64,000 nucleotides of DNA from Hydrolagus affinis (Eukaryota), in assembly GCA_012026655.1 (NCBI GenBank), contig JAAILG010000169.1, forward strand, positions 62,001 through 126,000, in the 5' to 3' direction. Made by a program: the position numbers and the translations under genes. Below, piece by piece: positions 1 through 12,200 of the stretch. Numbering within the stretch: position 1 is the first letter of the stretch; every line of letters begins with the position of its first letter. The notes below the pieces were generated by a model. It was not told the origin of the DNA and did no database searches. It was given only the letters and a program-made list of their open reading frames with translations.

Positions 1-1094
1 AGACATGAAAAGCTCTACTGTATATCAAATGCAAGGATTATTTATTTAGTGCGTTTGTGTGTGTGTGTTGGGTAAGAACAGAGATTGGTGTTGTAATTTT
101 GCACCACCAATTACCCGGCAACAATGATGTCAAAACTGTCAAGGCTTGCGGATGCACAGCTGCTATCACTCGTGGAACAATAAGCTACAAAGAGTGATTG
201 CTGTCAGGAAAGGAAGGGTGTGAGTTCTGTGACTTGTAATTGTGCCTTCCGCTGTCAGCCTGTCCTGCTATTAAACCGAGGAGTGTTTACAGATGAGAGC
301 AAGAGGCAAACACACTAATACACATCAGAGACAGACAGATAGCAGCTGAGAACAATGTATCCAGTTAAATACAAGCATAGCGACGCACGAACACACAGAC
401 GGTGATGCACAGAGCAACGAAATGGGACGTGCAGAGATGGCGAGTGCCAGCCATTCATTTCGAACACAGTAAAATGTACGGACAGGCAGGAAAGAAATAA
501 CTTCATACCGTGCAAATCTTCCTATATTCTACATTTTTATGATGAAAGTTTTATGGGGGCATTTGTCACACAGAAAGATCTCAATCCTTTTCAGTAATGT
601 ATTCAGCCTGCAGAGCAGCAGTGCTTCTCGACTGTAGCTTTATTAAAGCTGTATTTCAAACAGATAAGAAAAAAAAATCAATCGTTTTCTTGTACAGGAG
701 CTCAGAGAACTGAGTGTCTTGGACTCCCTGGCCCACCACAACATCCACCGGTTACTCAGGGGCTGGATACTCTGCACTACTAGAGTCATTAAACACAAGA
801 GCAGTGATCACACTACCGGGCCATCAATTAGGTATTGTGCTGGACCTCTCTATTCCAATCCTACTTGCTGCTCTTTCCCTATTGTATCTGTGCTGGTACT
901 CACTACCCCACTGGAGCTCAGTTGATCAACAAACAGGTTGCTGTCACTTTACAGTTGTCCTCCATATCTTTCCCTCCACTCCAATCTCTTTCCCTATTGT
1001 ATCTATGCTGGGGCTTGGTTTCCCCCACTGGAGCTATCCACTCTTTATCCCCTACCGTGCTCTTTCCACTCCCAGACTCCACTCTAACCCATGG

Positions 1095-1295
1095 TGGAGT
1101 CCTGTAGCTCAGTGGATGGTCCAGGGTTTGATTCCCGGCAGAGCAAAACCTTGGGCAGGTTTCCTTACTGCACGAGTCTGATAATAATCCCTGAAAAATA
1201 AATAATAAATTGGTCACTTCATTCCATGACTGTTTGTGGGACACTGCTGTGCACAATTGGTTGCCGTGTTTCACCCACAAAACATAAGTCACTAC
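1095..1295 (+). mobile_element. tRNA-derived SINE, 3'-truncated copy
   Basis: tggagtcctgtagctcagtgg...ttgattcccggcagagcaaaaccttgggcaggtttccttact...gtgggacactgctgtgcacaattgg; matches the 24573 copy. Confidence 0.85.
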
Positions 1296-1702
1296 ATTCC
1301 TCGTCGGTCTCCCCTCCACTACCATTCATAAAATCCAGGTTATCCAGGATTCTGCCACCTGCATTTTTACCCGTACCGATCTTCGCTTCCCCCAAGGCGG
1401 CCATTCAACCCATAGTGTCTGCGCCACCTCTTTTAAAGAACAATTCCTTCAGTCATATTTGTCTGCCCTCTCCCCATACACTAGTTTACTCTGAGTAGTT
1501 TACTGAACAAAGAAAGCTCCTGTGGAAGTGGAAAGGTATGTGGGAGAAGAGCAGAAACAGAAACCACCTTTCCTTTAAAAAAAAGGCCAGCCAGAAATAT
1601 CTGACGTGAATTTGCCTCTCAACAAAAAAAACAACTGCATTGCATCAATTTAGTCACTGGCAAAGAATACCAATAGCCAGCCATTATTCAAAAAGTCAGC
1701 GT

Positions 1703-1917
1703 TTTATTCTCAACATTTTTTAATTATACTTTTCAATCCGTCCAAGGCTGATTCAGCATTTCTCGGCTTTAACTGGAAAGTTAAATGCCTTTCCCGTGTG
1801 ATCGATGAAGTGATTTAAACACTTGCTGGTCCACTTAAAAGGGAACTCAGCAATCAGCCCAACAGTGTCCAAAATAAAAGTCATCTTAATAACACTACTT
1901 AATAACATTAGTTTATT
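1703..1917 (-). terminator. Candidate polyadenylation signals for NRP2a 3'UTR
   Basis: AATAAA on the minus strand at 1912-1917 and 1703-1708, about 1.0-1.2 kb past the stop codon. The latter is followed by T/GT-rich sequence. Confidence 0.45.
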
Positions 1918-2915
1918 TCCTAATAATTCTAATTTGCACATACACTCTTGGTTGATCAACAAATGGGATGTGTTACATTACAATTCTCATCCCTGAACCC
2001 CTTCCTGTAGAAAAAGACCCTTTCGCCAACCACTCCACACACCCCACCCACCCACTCACCCCCCCACACACATTCAGCCTGACAGAAACTCTGTCTGTGG
2101 TATCAATGTACTGTATATTAAATAATAATAAAGTCCTCTGTATGTCAACACTGCACATGCCTCGAAGCAGGGTTCAATAAAGCACCTCACTGTCACAGAC
2201 AGAAGATGTGCGAATATTACTTTTGCCAATTGCTAATAGATCGTGCGTGTCCAAAGGCACTCTTCATATGTCCATAAATTCTGTTAAGCTCTGCTTAAAC
2301 CTCTGGTGGTTGCCCCACGTCGATGAATGGACGTTCTGGGCTGTCCCTTCCAAGTGTTACCGGCTGCTGTCCGGAGAGAACAGGAGTCCATAGGAAAAAA
2401 GGCATCTTGTCACCTCGAATTCTCTTTTGCAAATTAGGGCCAGGACGGAATGGAACGGCTGGTCTCGATGGTTAGGTAAGTGATCTGAAGAAACCATTAG
2501 AGAACTGGGTTAGAAAGCTGCTTGAAAGCAGCGGATTAGAACTGCGGCCAGCTTGAAGAGAAGAATTTCATTCACAGCAAAGAATACAGTAAGGCAGGTA
2601 TTGGTCTCTGTAAGAACAGGAATACCAAAGGTAAGCCTGCCTTGGCTCGCTCCTGCTTCACTCCAAGGTACACAACCGGGACAACCTTCAACGATGGCTC
2701 GAATCCTAAAGAAAATGTCAAATTAAGGCTCCTTAGCGATGACTTCAAGAGATTCTTTTATATTTCCCATGTTTGACCGAGAGAAGTGTAGCTGGGCATA
2801 GACACATCACAATGAAAAGGGTTACGTTTTGAAGGCGGTTCCTGAATGACACTTATCTTCTTGTTTTGCTGCCTTCGTCTCATTGGTAACAAAAGGTCTC
2901 TCTTCACCACAGTCA

Positions 2916-3241
2916 CTACGCTTCCGAGCAGCACTTCCGCTGGTTAATCTTTACTTTGTGTTTGATGCCATCGTACAGTTCGAAGTTGTAATTCTCCAAC
3001 GTGGTGGAGCTGCGAGTAGAGAGCCCGGTGTAAGAGCAGGTGCAGTAGAGCAAAAGGCCAGCACAGATGGCCCCCAGGAGAACTCCTAGTGAGCTCATGG
3101 CGATGATGGTAACCAGGATGGGGTCCAGCGAGTAGAGCCAATTCTGGCCTTTGCCAGACGTTGGGCTGACTGACATTTCTTCAAAGGGCACGAGTGTGTT
3201 CGATTCTGCATCTTCCCCGTCAAACAGGCCAGGGTCTAGAT
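2916..3241 (-). CDS. NRP2: NRP2a terminal exon (17): TM helix and cytoplasmic tail with SEA PDZ-binding motif
   Basis: gtgttgcag|AT CTA GAC CCT ...; LDPGLFDGEDAESNTLVPFEEMSVSPTSGKGQNWLYSLDPILVTIIAMSSLGVLLGAICAGLLLYCTCSYTGLSTRSSTTLENYNFELYDGIKHKVKINQRKCCSEA*. Confidence 0.96.
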
Positions 3242-6200
3242 CTGCAACACAGCAAAGTGTTTGTTTAAATCCTGTTTTGTTAAGTTGATACAGTAAAACT
3301 CACACAAGTCTGATCTGTATGAATCGTACAATTGTCCATCTGCCCAGGTATAGATTGTATGCCATTTTGACATTACTCATACCTTTGCAGAAGTCATATT
3401 AAATGTTATAATAATAATAATCCTTGCATTTGATATAGCGCTTTTCGCATCTTGTTGACGTCCCAAAGCGCTTCACAGAATATACTGTAAAGTGAATTGA
3501 CTGTATATATTTGTGGGTGAATCGCGGCAGCCAATTGCGCACAGCAGTGTCCCACAAACAGTCGTAGATTGAAATGACCAATTTTATTATTGTGTTTTTT
3601 TTTGGAGGGATTATTATTAGGTGTGTGGAGTTATGAGTTATGTCAGTTACCGTATAGGGTGTAGTGACAGTCTAACGCATTTGGTGACTCATTGGTTAAG
3701 TGCATGGGTGGTGACCACAGGATCGATCAAACAGGAAGTTCTTCAGGCACAACCTGAAGATGGGGGTGTGTAGGGCAAAAACTTAAGATGGAATAAAATA
3801 AACCTTAGAATTGTCTTGTTGAAGGTGATGGAAAAGAGGCCTCTTTTTTGCTTATTCGTAACTTCACTCCAAGGTTCATGCTCGGGACAGCCTTGGAAGG
3901 ATTATCATGGAATCCTTGGCTGTTATCATAGAACAAAGTCAAGTTCAGGCTCCTTTTGTGTGTTTTTTTGTTTAAAGCTCCAATTGCAGCTGTCTCATTT
4001 CTGTTGCCATTGTGCTCCTCCCAGCTCGTGTTGACAGTACTCACTGAACATTGTCACAGAGTACGTACATAAAATGAATGAAGCTCGCACACTGCATTCT
4101 TCATGGGCACCTCATTGTTTCCAAACATGACAACCAACAACAGTCAGCGGAGCTGGAATCCCCTGCAACATTTCCAAGAGATTGTTCCCTCGGCTGCCCA
4201 AACATTGAAACAGGGGCACTCTCATGAAATCCCTGTAGTACTCATCAGCTGTAACCGTGCCAGTTACTCAATGTAAAGCGGCCGCCAAGTATTTTTACGC
4301 TCATTAATGCTGAAACGTGCTGAACGACTGATGTGCATCTGTGCAGTCTAAACAGGGCAATCATCTGGTGGGATCAGGAATCCTGTTCCTGAACCAGTGG
4401 GTGCAGAGTACTGCAGGACACTGTTCAGGACACTCCAGCCAGTCTGTCACCAGCAGGACTTAAAGAGGGGGGAATCTTCCCACTGGTGGCAGGGAGTCTT
4501 GCCATTCTGTCCTGTTAACCTCCAAGTCAAAGCCCAAATGGTTAGGATGATCCCAGATGGGTGAGCAGTGGGAAGTTTGGTCAGTTATTGCTCTCTCAAT
4601 GGCAAGCAATGTGGGTTTAGGTGGTTAAACTATAGTGGCCATCTCAATGCAGGTGTCCACAAACCTGGACTCTTACTAACCTGTGCCATATACCCCCCAG
4701 AATTAGCTAAGCAGAATACATCCCTCCAGGGAATCCCTTCAGGTGGTGTACATACAGTTCAAGGTTGCCTGATACCTTGTGGGGTTCCAAAGGGAGAAAT
4801 CTAAAGAACTTTCTTCTCTGTTGAGGATAGAATGCTTTGGGTCTCTGGTGCTGCTGAATGCCAATTTTCTTTGGCTATGCTCAGTTATTGCAGGTTTAGT
4901 TGAGGAGGGGCAGGGGGAGGGTTCATCTGAAGCATAAACATCGGCATAGACCAGTTGGGCTAAATGGCCTGCTTTGTATTGTATATTCTAATATATTCCA
5001 ATATATTCTAATGTATTGTCACAATGTTGACTGGTATCTTGGCTCATTCATTTTGTGATGGACTAAGTGTATCAACGGCTGATTAGCACCTCGTTATATT
5101 TCCCTTCTTCCCTTGGCAGTTGAAATTGTTCTGTGGTCCCACAGATGGTATCACATCGAGCCATCACTTCCTATGATCCAACTCCCTCTCTGCAAACATT
5201 AGGACATGAAAACTCTCCATCCAACACGTTGGTGAGCTGCTGATGGATGCTCCATTCGCTCTCCTCACATGGGTCAAGATCTATCTCTGGCTCTTTGTGA
5301 TACTTTATTCATGCCATTGGTCTTAATTTTCTGCCTGTCGAATATTTTGCTTCGTAGTTGGGTGGGATTAACTTCATATATGGTGAAACACTTTCAGCCA
5401 CTACGCCGCAAAGCTTTGAAACTCTTTCCCCAAATACCCTCCGCCTTGCCCCATCCTTCCCCTCTTTTAGATCATGACTCTTTTCGCATAACTGCTTTAC
5501 ACAGCATCTCACATTGCTATTATCGCATACATCTTGACCAATGTTAAAGGTGCCAGGATAAGAATGAACGAGTTTTGAAACTGCACCGTCTATTTACCTT
5601 TGCGGAAATCCCGCCCGTGAGGTCTGTGTTGGATTCCATCAGTGTTACTGGAGAACATTTCACCCTCTGTAACGAAAATTGGGGGAGGGTATGAAAAACA
5701 AGAAGAGCTTCGCAATATAACATATGAGCATTTCTTTGAAGGACAGCTGATCTTTGGATTAATTATGCGGCAGTTTCTGATCAATCAGTCGTAGAAATGC
5801 AATAACACAAGCACTCTTAAGGGCAGCAAGTCTATCCCAGTATTCTTATACTGAACAAGCATAAGGACAATGTTAGAAAGTAATACCCTGCTTACATTTA
5901 CAATCTTTGTGCTTTGCAAGGTTTTAAAGACTCTGAATCATGTCCTCTTTCAGTCTCCTCCACGCCAGGGAAAAATAGTTCAGATCTGGAAATATCATGG
6001 GTTTCAGAAACACCTCTCAGCTCCAAAACGTGTCCAGAGAATGACCATTTCAAAGGGAGGAAAGGCTTCAAATGATATTGGCCTCCTACAATATTCCCAA
6101 ATCATTCTCATCAGTGACCTACACAAGGTTAAAAAAAAAACAGGACTGCGATTCACGGGCCAATGCTTGCTCGTAAGAGGCAGCCTTGCTTTGTTGACCA

Positions 6201-9200
6201 AAGCTTTGGATTGACTGCACACCTTCAGCGAAATGATCCAGTAATTTGCTGATGTACATAATTTGTCTGCCTCTACCACCCCCTTACCCCAATCTGCTTT
6301 GATTTTTTTCTCTTGTAATCTGCCAATCAACTTGTTTCAGATGCCATGTTGTCCCCCTGGAATCAGAGGTCAGTCCCAGAGATTTTTCCCCATTTGCCAC
6401 CACTAATTCCACAAGTCTTTGTGGCTGTGCTGCATCTGCTGCTTCTATTCCCTGTGTAATACAGCACTACCAAGCAATGTGCTCAGTGTAAATGTCATCA
6501 GAGTATTATTATTGAAAGCAATATACTTAGTGAGCTGAAATTCCTGGTATTAATGTGCCGATTTAAACACCTGAGGAGGGAGAAATTCCACCTCGGTCTA
6601 GATTTACTCCATTTTTGCAGCGTTTCTGAGCATTTTGAAGGATTTAGCAAATTCTCATATACTGTACATATACATGTTGATCATTTTGAAGCTGGTTTTC
6701 TGTAAGTTCCATTTGAGAACTACAAATTTTGTCAACATTTTCTGAGCACTCTGAAATGCTACATAAATTAAATAAATCTAGACCGAGGTGAGATTTCTCC
6801 CCAACAAGTGTTTTTGATCCTGTTTTACTCTACCTCACACAGCAGTGATCGTACTCATCCATACAGGAATGCTTTGGGCTCCTTTAATTGTGATTGTTTC
6901 ATGGGTTGGAGCTTACAGTTCTTTTGAGAGAACAATTACATATGTTGCTTTGTAGACCTTCCTCGTTGACCGTGTTCACAGTCGTCACCCCCACTCCCTC
7001 CCTCCACCCACCATCCCCTTGGAGAACAGGATTGGCTCAGCTTTAATGATCACCTCCATCACTGCGGTTTAACGACTTGTATAAGTTATACAGTATAGCA
7101 ACTTTCATTTAGGAATCTTTAAAAAAAAACTTGATGAAAATGCTGGGGAATCATCAAACAGGGAGGAAAGTAAGGGGAATGGTTCAATAGAAAGATTTTT
7201 TAAGAGTGCTCTGAAGGCAGGTAGAAGAAGAAGCAAGCAATGGATTTTTTCAAGAGAGTGCCAAGAAAGCTTTGGTTTAGAGTGATGGTTTAGAGTAGCT
7301 GAAAACAAAGTGATTTGACAGACAAGAGGAAGGAATGTGCATTAGCTCAGAATCAGACAAGCAGACAGTGTGGATGGTGATTGCGGAGGTCCTCGTAAGA
7401 TTATGAGTTCATATGAAGGTCAGGACAATGATCTCAAAGCTGATTGACTGGAGTATCAGAAGCCACTGGAGAACGTGTGTGTATGTGTGCAGTCCATTTA
7501 GCGAGAGGGACATTGCAGGGAAACGCATTTACAAAGACATATCTCAATAAAGATTTGTGTTTGTGTTCTTGCCTGGTTCTGAAAGTACATCAGCTCCTCA
7601 TGTGTGTAGTTTGTTTAAAATGTAAGCATTTACTGTAACAGATCTTATGGAGTGAGCACTCTGACTGACAGGAGATTTTCAACATTGCCCGAATTCACAT
7701 ATGGGATCACAATAAAGGCATGATTGTTAGCTAACTGCAAAACATTACATACATGGATCAGTATTTGGGGACAATGCCACCAATTTGGTATGTGGAACAC
7801 TGTACAGGAATTGGAGAGAAAAAAAAACCTGCATCTGAGAATTCTGTTTGATGGGATTGAATGGCATTAGGATAGGTTTCTAACGCCTTGCGTGGATTCC
7901 TGTGAAATCAAAAGGTATCATTGAAATTGTGTGGTTGAGCAGATTGTGTTGATTGGTTTCAAAGATGTCTATTTGAAACCCCAGGTTTCAATACTACCTC
8001 ACTGCGGGAGATACTTTCCCAGGGCTGCCGTGTTGCAAAGAGATTTACACTGCACTTCATTTTGTATAAAAAAATAGCATCTTTATTCCATTCCACATAG
8101 TACATCTCCACAGGTGTCCAAGTACATTCAGAATGCAAGAAGCAGAGAGTTCCCTCTGCACCAAAAGCTGGCCAGAGTACATCACAAACCATGGCTCAGT
8201 AAACAAGCCATCTACTGTACATTCACATTTACAAGCACATAACAGTCAAACCACTGAACCCAATGCATTTGGTGGTCACAGGTACGATGGCTACAGTGTT
8301 GGGGCGGGGACATGCCGATCAATCCGATTGCGGAGATTTAGGAATACGCATCCCAAATAGCGAGGAACTATGTGAAAGGAGCACTGTCATTCCGCAATTT
8401 GGGGTTTGCAAGACAAAAATACGGTAAATAATCCTATACGTATTCAACATGGCCAATAGGCATTCAGTGCCTCAAATCCATTTTTCATACAACTTTTCTG
8501 TGTACAAAACGGCATGATCTCCTGCTCAAACTCTACCTAAGACTGTATGTGGAAATAGTTATAGGGAAAAAGACACTCTTTGAAGACTATGGCAAACTTG
8601 GATAAGAGAGTTTCTGGTTGCTGGTAGGTTGAAGGTATTTGCGCTCACTGATCCAGCATCAAGCCTACACTACCGGAGTTTATATTGACCAAGGTTGCTG
8701 AAATTACTGTGTTGTACACTGTGGCGGGCAACACAGCACCTCAACACTTCGGAGAGCGTAAAAAACCAACACTCGTGCAGGTTAATAACATGCAGGGTTA
8801 TTTATTACGCTTGAAACATTACATACGGCTGAAATCCCCCTCTCCTTCACATACCCGGTCTCCCCTATGTAACTGTCACACCACACTGACCAGAAACCAG
8901 GGGTATAGGTGGGGGCGCACAGGAGGTTACAGTGCGCTACAGACCGGAGGCAAAGAAGAGAATGAGTTAATGAGGCCACTGGACTTGAGCCCAGAAGTTC
9001 TGGGTTCAAATCCTATTGGATCCATTCAACACCTCCTCCCCCACCCCACTTTATCCTTGAGCTTGACAAAGTGGGTACCTCGTTCAAACATTCAAACATA
9101 TACTTGGAGGAAGTCTGCAGGGTCTCCCTATGGTTAAACTGGGTATAGGAGACATGCCTGGCAGGTTTGCAGTTATCAAAGGCACTGTTAATGGTTGATC

Positions 9201-12200
9201 AGCCTGTTTGGCTCAGTAATGAGATTTAGCAGTATGGGTATGTGGTAGAACTCGCAAGTTAAAATCCCAACTGGTCAGGCAGTGCTAGCAAGATAAATAC
9301 TGTTAAACATACCAGTGCTTTGTAACATAACGCACTGTTACCAACAGTTTCTATCACACTTTTTTTAAAAAGTGGTAGAATGAGATGCAACCTCTAATTA
9401 TTAACTGGCAATTGAGATCAAAACTGTTATATCAAAGACTGCTTCAGAGATTAAAATAGACACTAAAGTGAGGGGATGGGGGCACCCCACTGCACAATCT
9501 TATCAAGATCTATCTGTACATCAGGTCTTTTGAACACTGGGACGTCCTCCCGATGAGAAAGGCGCTCTACAAATGTAATTTTGTTGTTGTGGTTGTGCTG
9601 CAATGAGGTACTGCTCGCTTCTGAATCAGAACACTGGGTGACTGATCAACAACAACAAAATTACATTTGGGCCATTGTTGACTTGTCACTCAAACTGACC
9701 GGGGACAAGTATTGTAATGCACACAACTCTATGTCCCTTGATTGAAGCACTCACACCAGCCTGTGACTGGTTCAGCTTTGCAAACTTCCTTGCCCAGAAA
9801 ATATGGTACATCTACAGAATATCTCAACCTTAGACCAGAGTTCTAAATAAATATCAGGACAAAAAACTCACAACGGAAAACCTACAGCCTATTATAATCC
9901 TTCAGGACACCAGCAACAATGACTTGCATTTATATAGTGCCCTACATCCAGAGTGATTAACAGTAAGTTTGGTTTGACGCCAAGCTAGAAAGAGATGGGA
10001 GATAACTGAAGGCACAGTCGAAGAGGAAAGTCTTCAGGTGTGATTTGATGATGGGAGGGATTGAGGTAGGAAGTTCCAGAGATTTTGGGGGCATAGTGGC
10101 TGAAAGCTCGGCCGCCAATGGTGGAAGGGACGAGGGACACACACAAGATATGCGTCAGCTGAGTGAAGGAGTCTGTAGTAGCGTGGGGTGTGAGCAGAAG
10201 CAGGTGTGTGAGATTAATAGAGAATGGGGGTGGAGGTGGTGGCGGGAGGGGAGAAGCAGTACCAACTGTTTGTAAATAAGGCAGTGCCAACCATTACTTT
10301 AAGGCAGTAAAGAATCTAAGACGACTGGCTGGCCAGAGTTATTTGTTTTGCAGCGGCAAATTAACCGAGTTGGAAAACTAGGGGTGAAGCAGAGAAAATA
10401 AAGGCCCTTTTATAAAGACAGAAACCAAATTCATTACAAAAGCACTTTAAACTCCGTCACCTCTGCTGGTTAGCACAGCTGGTTAGAAGTTCATTACAAG
10501 CAAATACTGAGCTTTCGCCTAGTAATCTCATGACCACTGTTTCAGAGTTTCAGAGGCTAGGGCCCATGTGTAAATATTTGCCCTGAGGGGAATTCGGGGA
10601 ACATGAATCAGGCCAGAGGGGGTGGATGAGGAGCAGAAACTCAGGAGATGCTCACACTTGGCTATAGCTTTGGGCTTCAATAATCTCTCTCTCATCTATT
10701 AAAGCATAAAACCCTTTTGATCATACGCTGGGGTTGTGCAAGTGACTAATGGGAGTAATTAAGACCGGTGTAGATTTATTACTTAAATGTGGTGAAGCTT
10801 TCGTTCGCAATGAATCACCAGTAGCATCATATCCGTCTTATACTAGGGGCAGACAGTGAGGAAACAAAGGTCTGAGTAAACTAGATGCGACTTCTAATTA
10901 TTAACACTGGGAACCTGAAAATTAATGGAAAAAGCCAACTTCCACATTATTTTAAGGCTGTTCCAGAAATAAAATGGGAAATTGAAATGTCAGCACCTTA
11001 CAGTGGGATAGCTGTCCACTTCAAATGCTCTTAGCAGGCATCGGTCAGTTTCTGTCAGCGCTTTGTTAGGTATGTAACATGTCAACCAGTGTGTGGTGGG
11101 TTCAATAGCTGTGGGTGCCTGTCGCCCAATCTTACCAGCCAAGGGAAGAGGCAAGTTAATTTTTGGCCAAGCTGTTCAATAGAGCCCCTGATGTCAATGG
11201 AGTGTTCCATGGTTAAAAGAGATGAAAAATGTTACAAGGCCTAGCTAGGCACCTCACACCCCTCTAACAGCCTGGTACCAGTTGTGGAGCTGTCCACAAA
11301 CAAAGGAGGTTCTTCGGAAGTGAGGGATCCTGTACGTAAATGGGAACTGCCCGGAACCGAGTTGTTGTGTACCTATAATTGTGGGCCAATCTGAGGATTG
11401 AAGTGCCTGGGAAAGTCCTGGCTGGTAACAAGTCTTGATGTGTAATATTATTTGTTAAAATGTAACCAAGAGCTCCCCAAATCCAACTTTTGCCTATATA
11501 CGACACACACTCACACGCACCTTCAACATCTCTCTATGTTAGAAATGCACAACACATCACGCAACCCAGAGAGGGTTCAATTTACATTGCCTTTCAACTC
11601 ATGGCTTCCCAGATCACACACAAATTATATGCAAGACCTTAACAATAGGATTGGGATAGAACTCAATTAAAAATAAACATACAGCATTTATCTTAAACAT
11701 CTCTTGTCCCACAAAGGCAAGTCGTACGTTCTGGAGAATGAAATTGAATGATTAAAAAGGTATGGTTTATCTAGGACAGCAAAGCAAAACTTTGGCATCC
11801 TTCATTAAGTCAGCAACTGATCCAACACTGATATCTATCCGAATTGTATTTACCAGCAAACACACAGTAGAATCCTGAGAAGTGAATGAATTTACCCTGT
11901 GGCACCTTCACTATGCAGATCGGGAGAGAAACGGCAAGCTTCCAAAAGAGCAATTTTACATTCAAAAAATCCAATCACTTTGTTGGGAGGGAATCAAAAC
12001 ATCTATTGAAGCAACATCAAAGATGAACTCCCAGAGACCAGGGTGACACACTACAGGGTAAATGTGACGCATTCTGAAAACTCATTTGTTTTTACTAGGA
12101 TATGTTAACGTTTGAAAGGGTACAGATCAAATTTGAGAACAATTGGCAATATAGCCTTTGAGATATTTAGTGTGTTATGGACATGATGTGCACATCTCAC

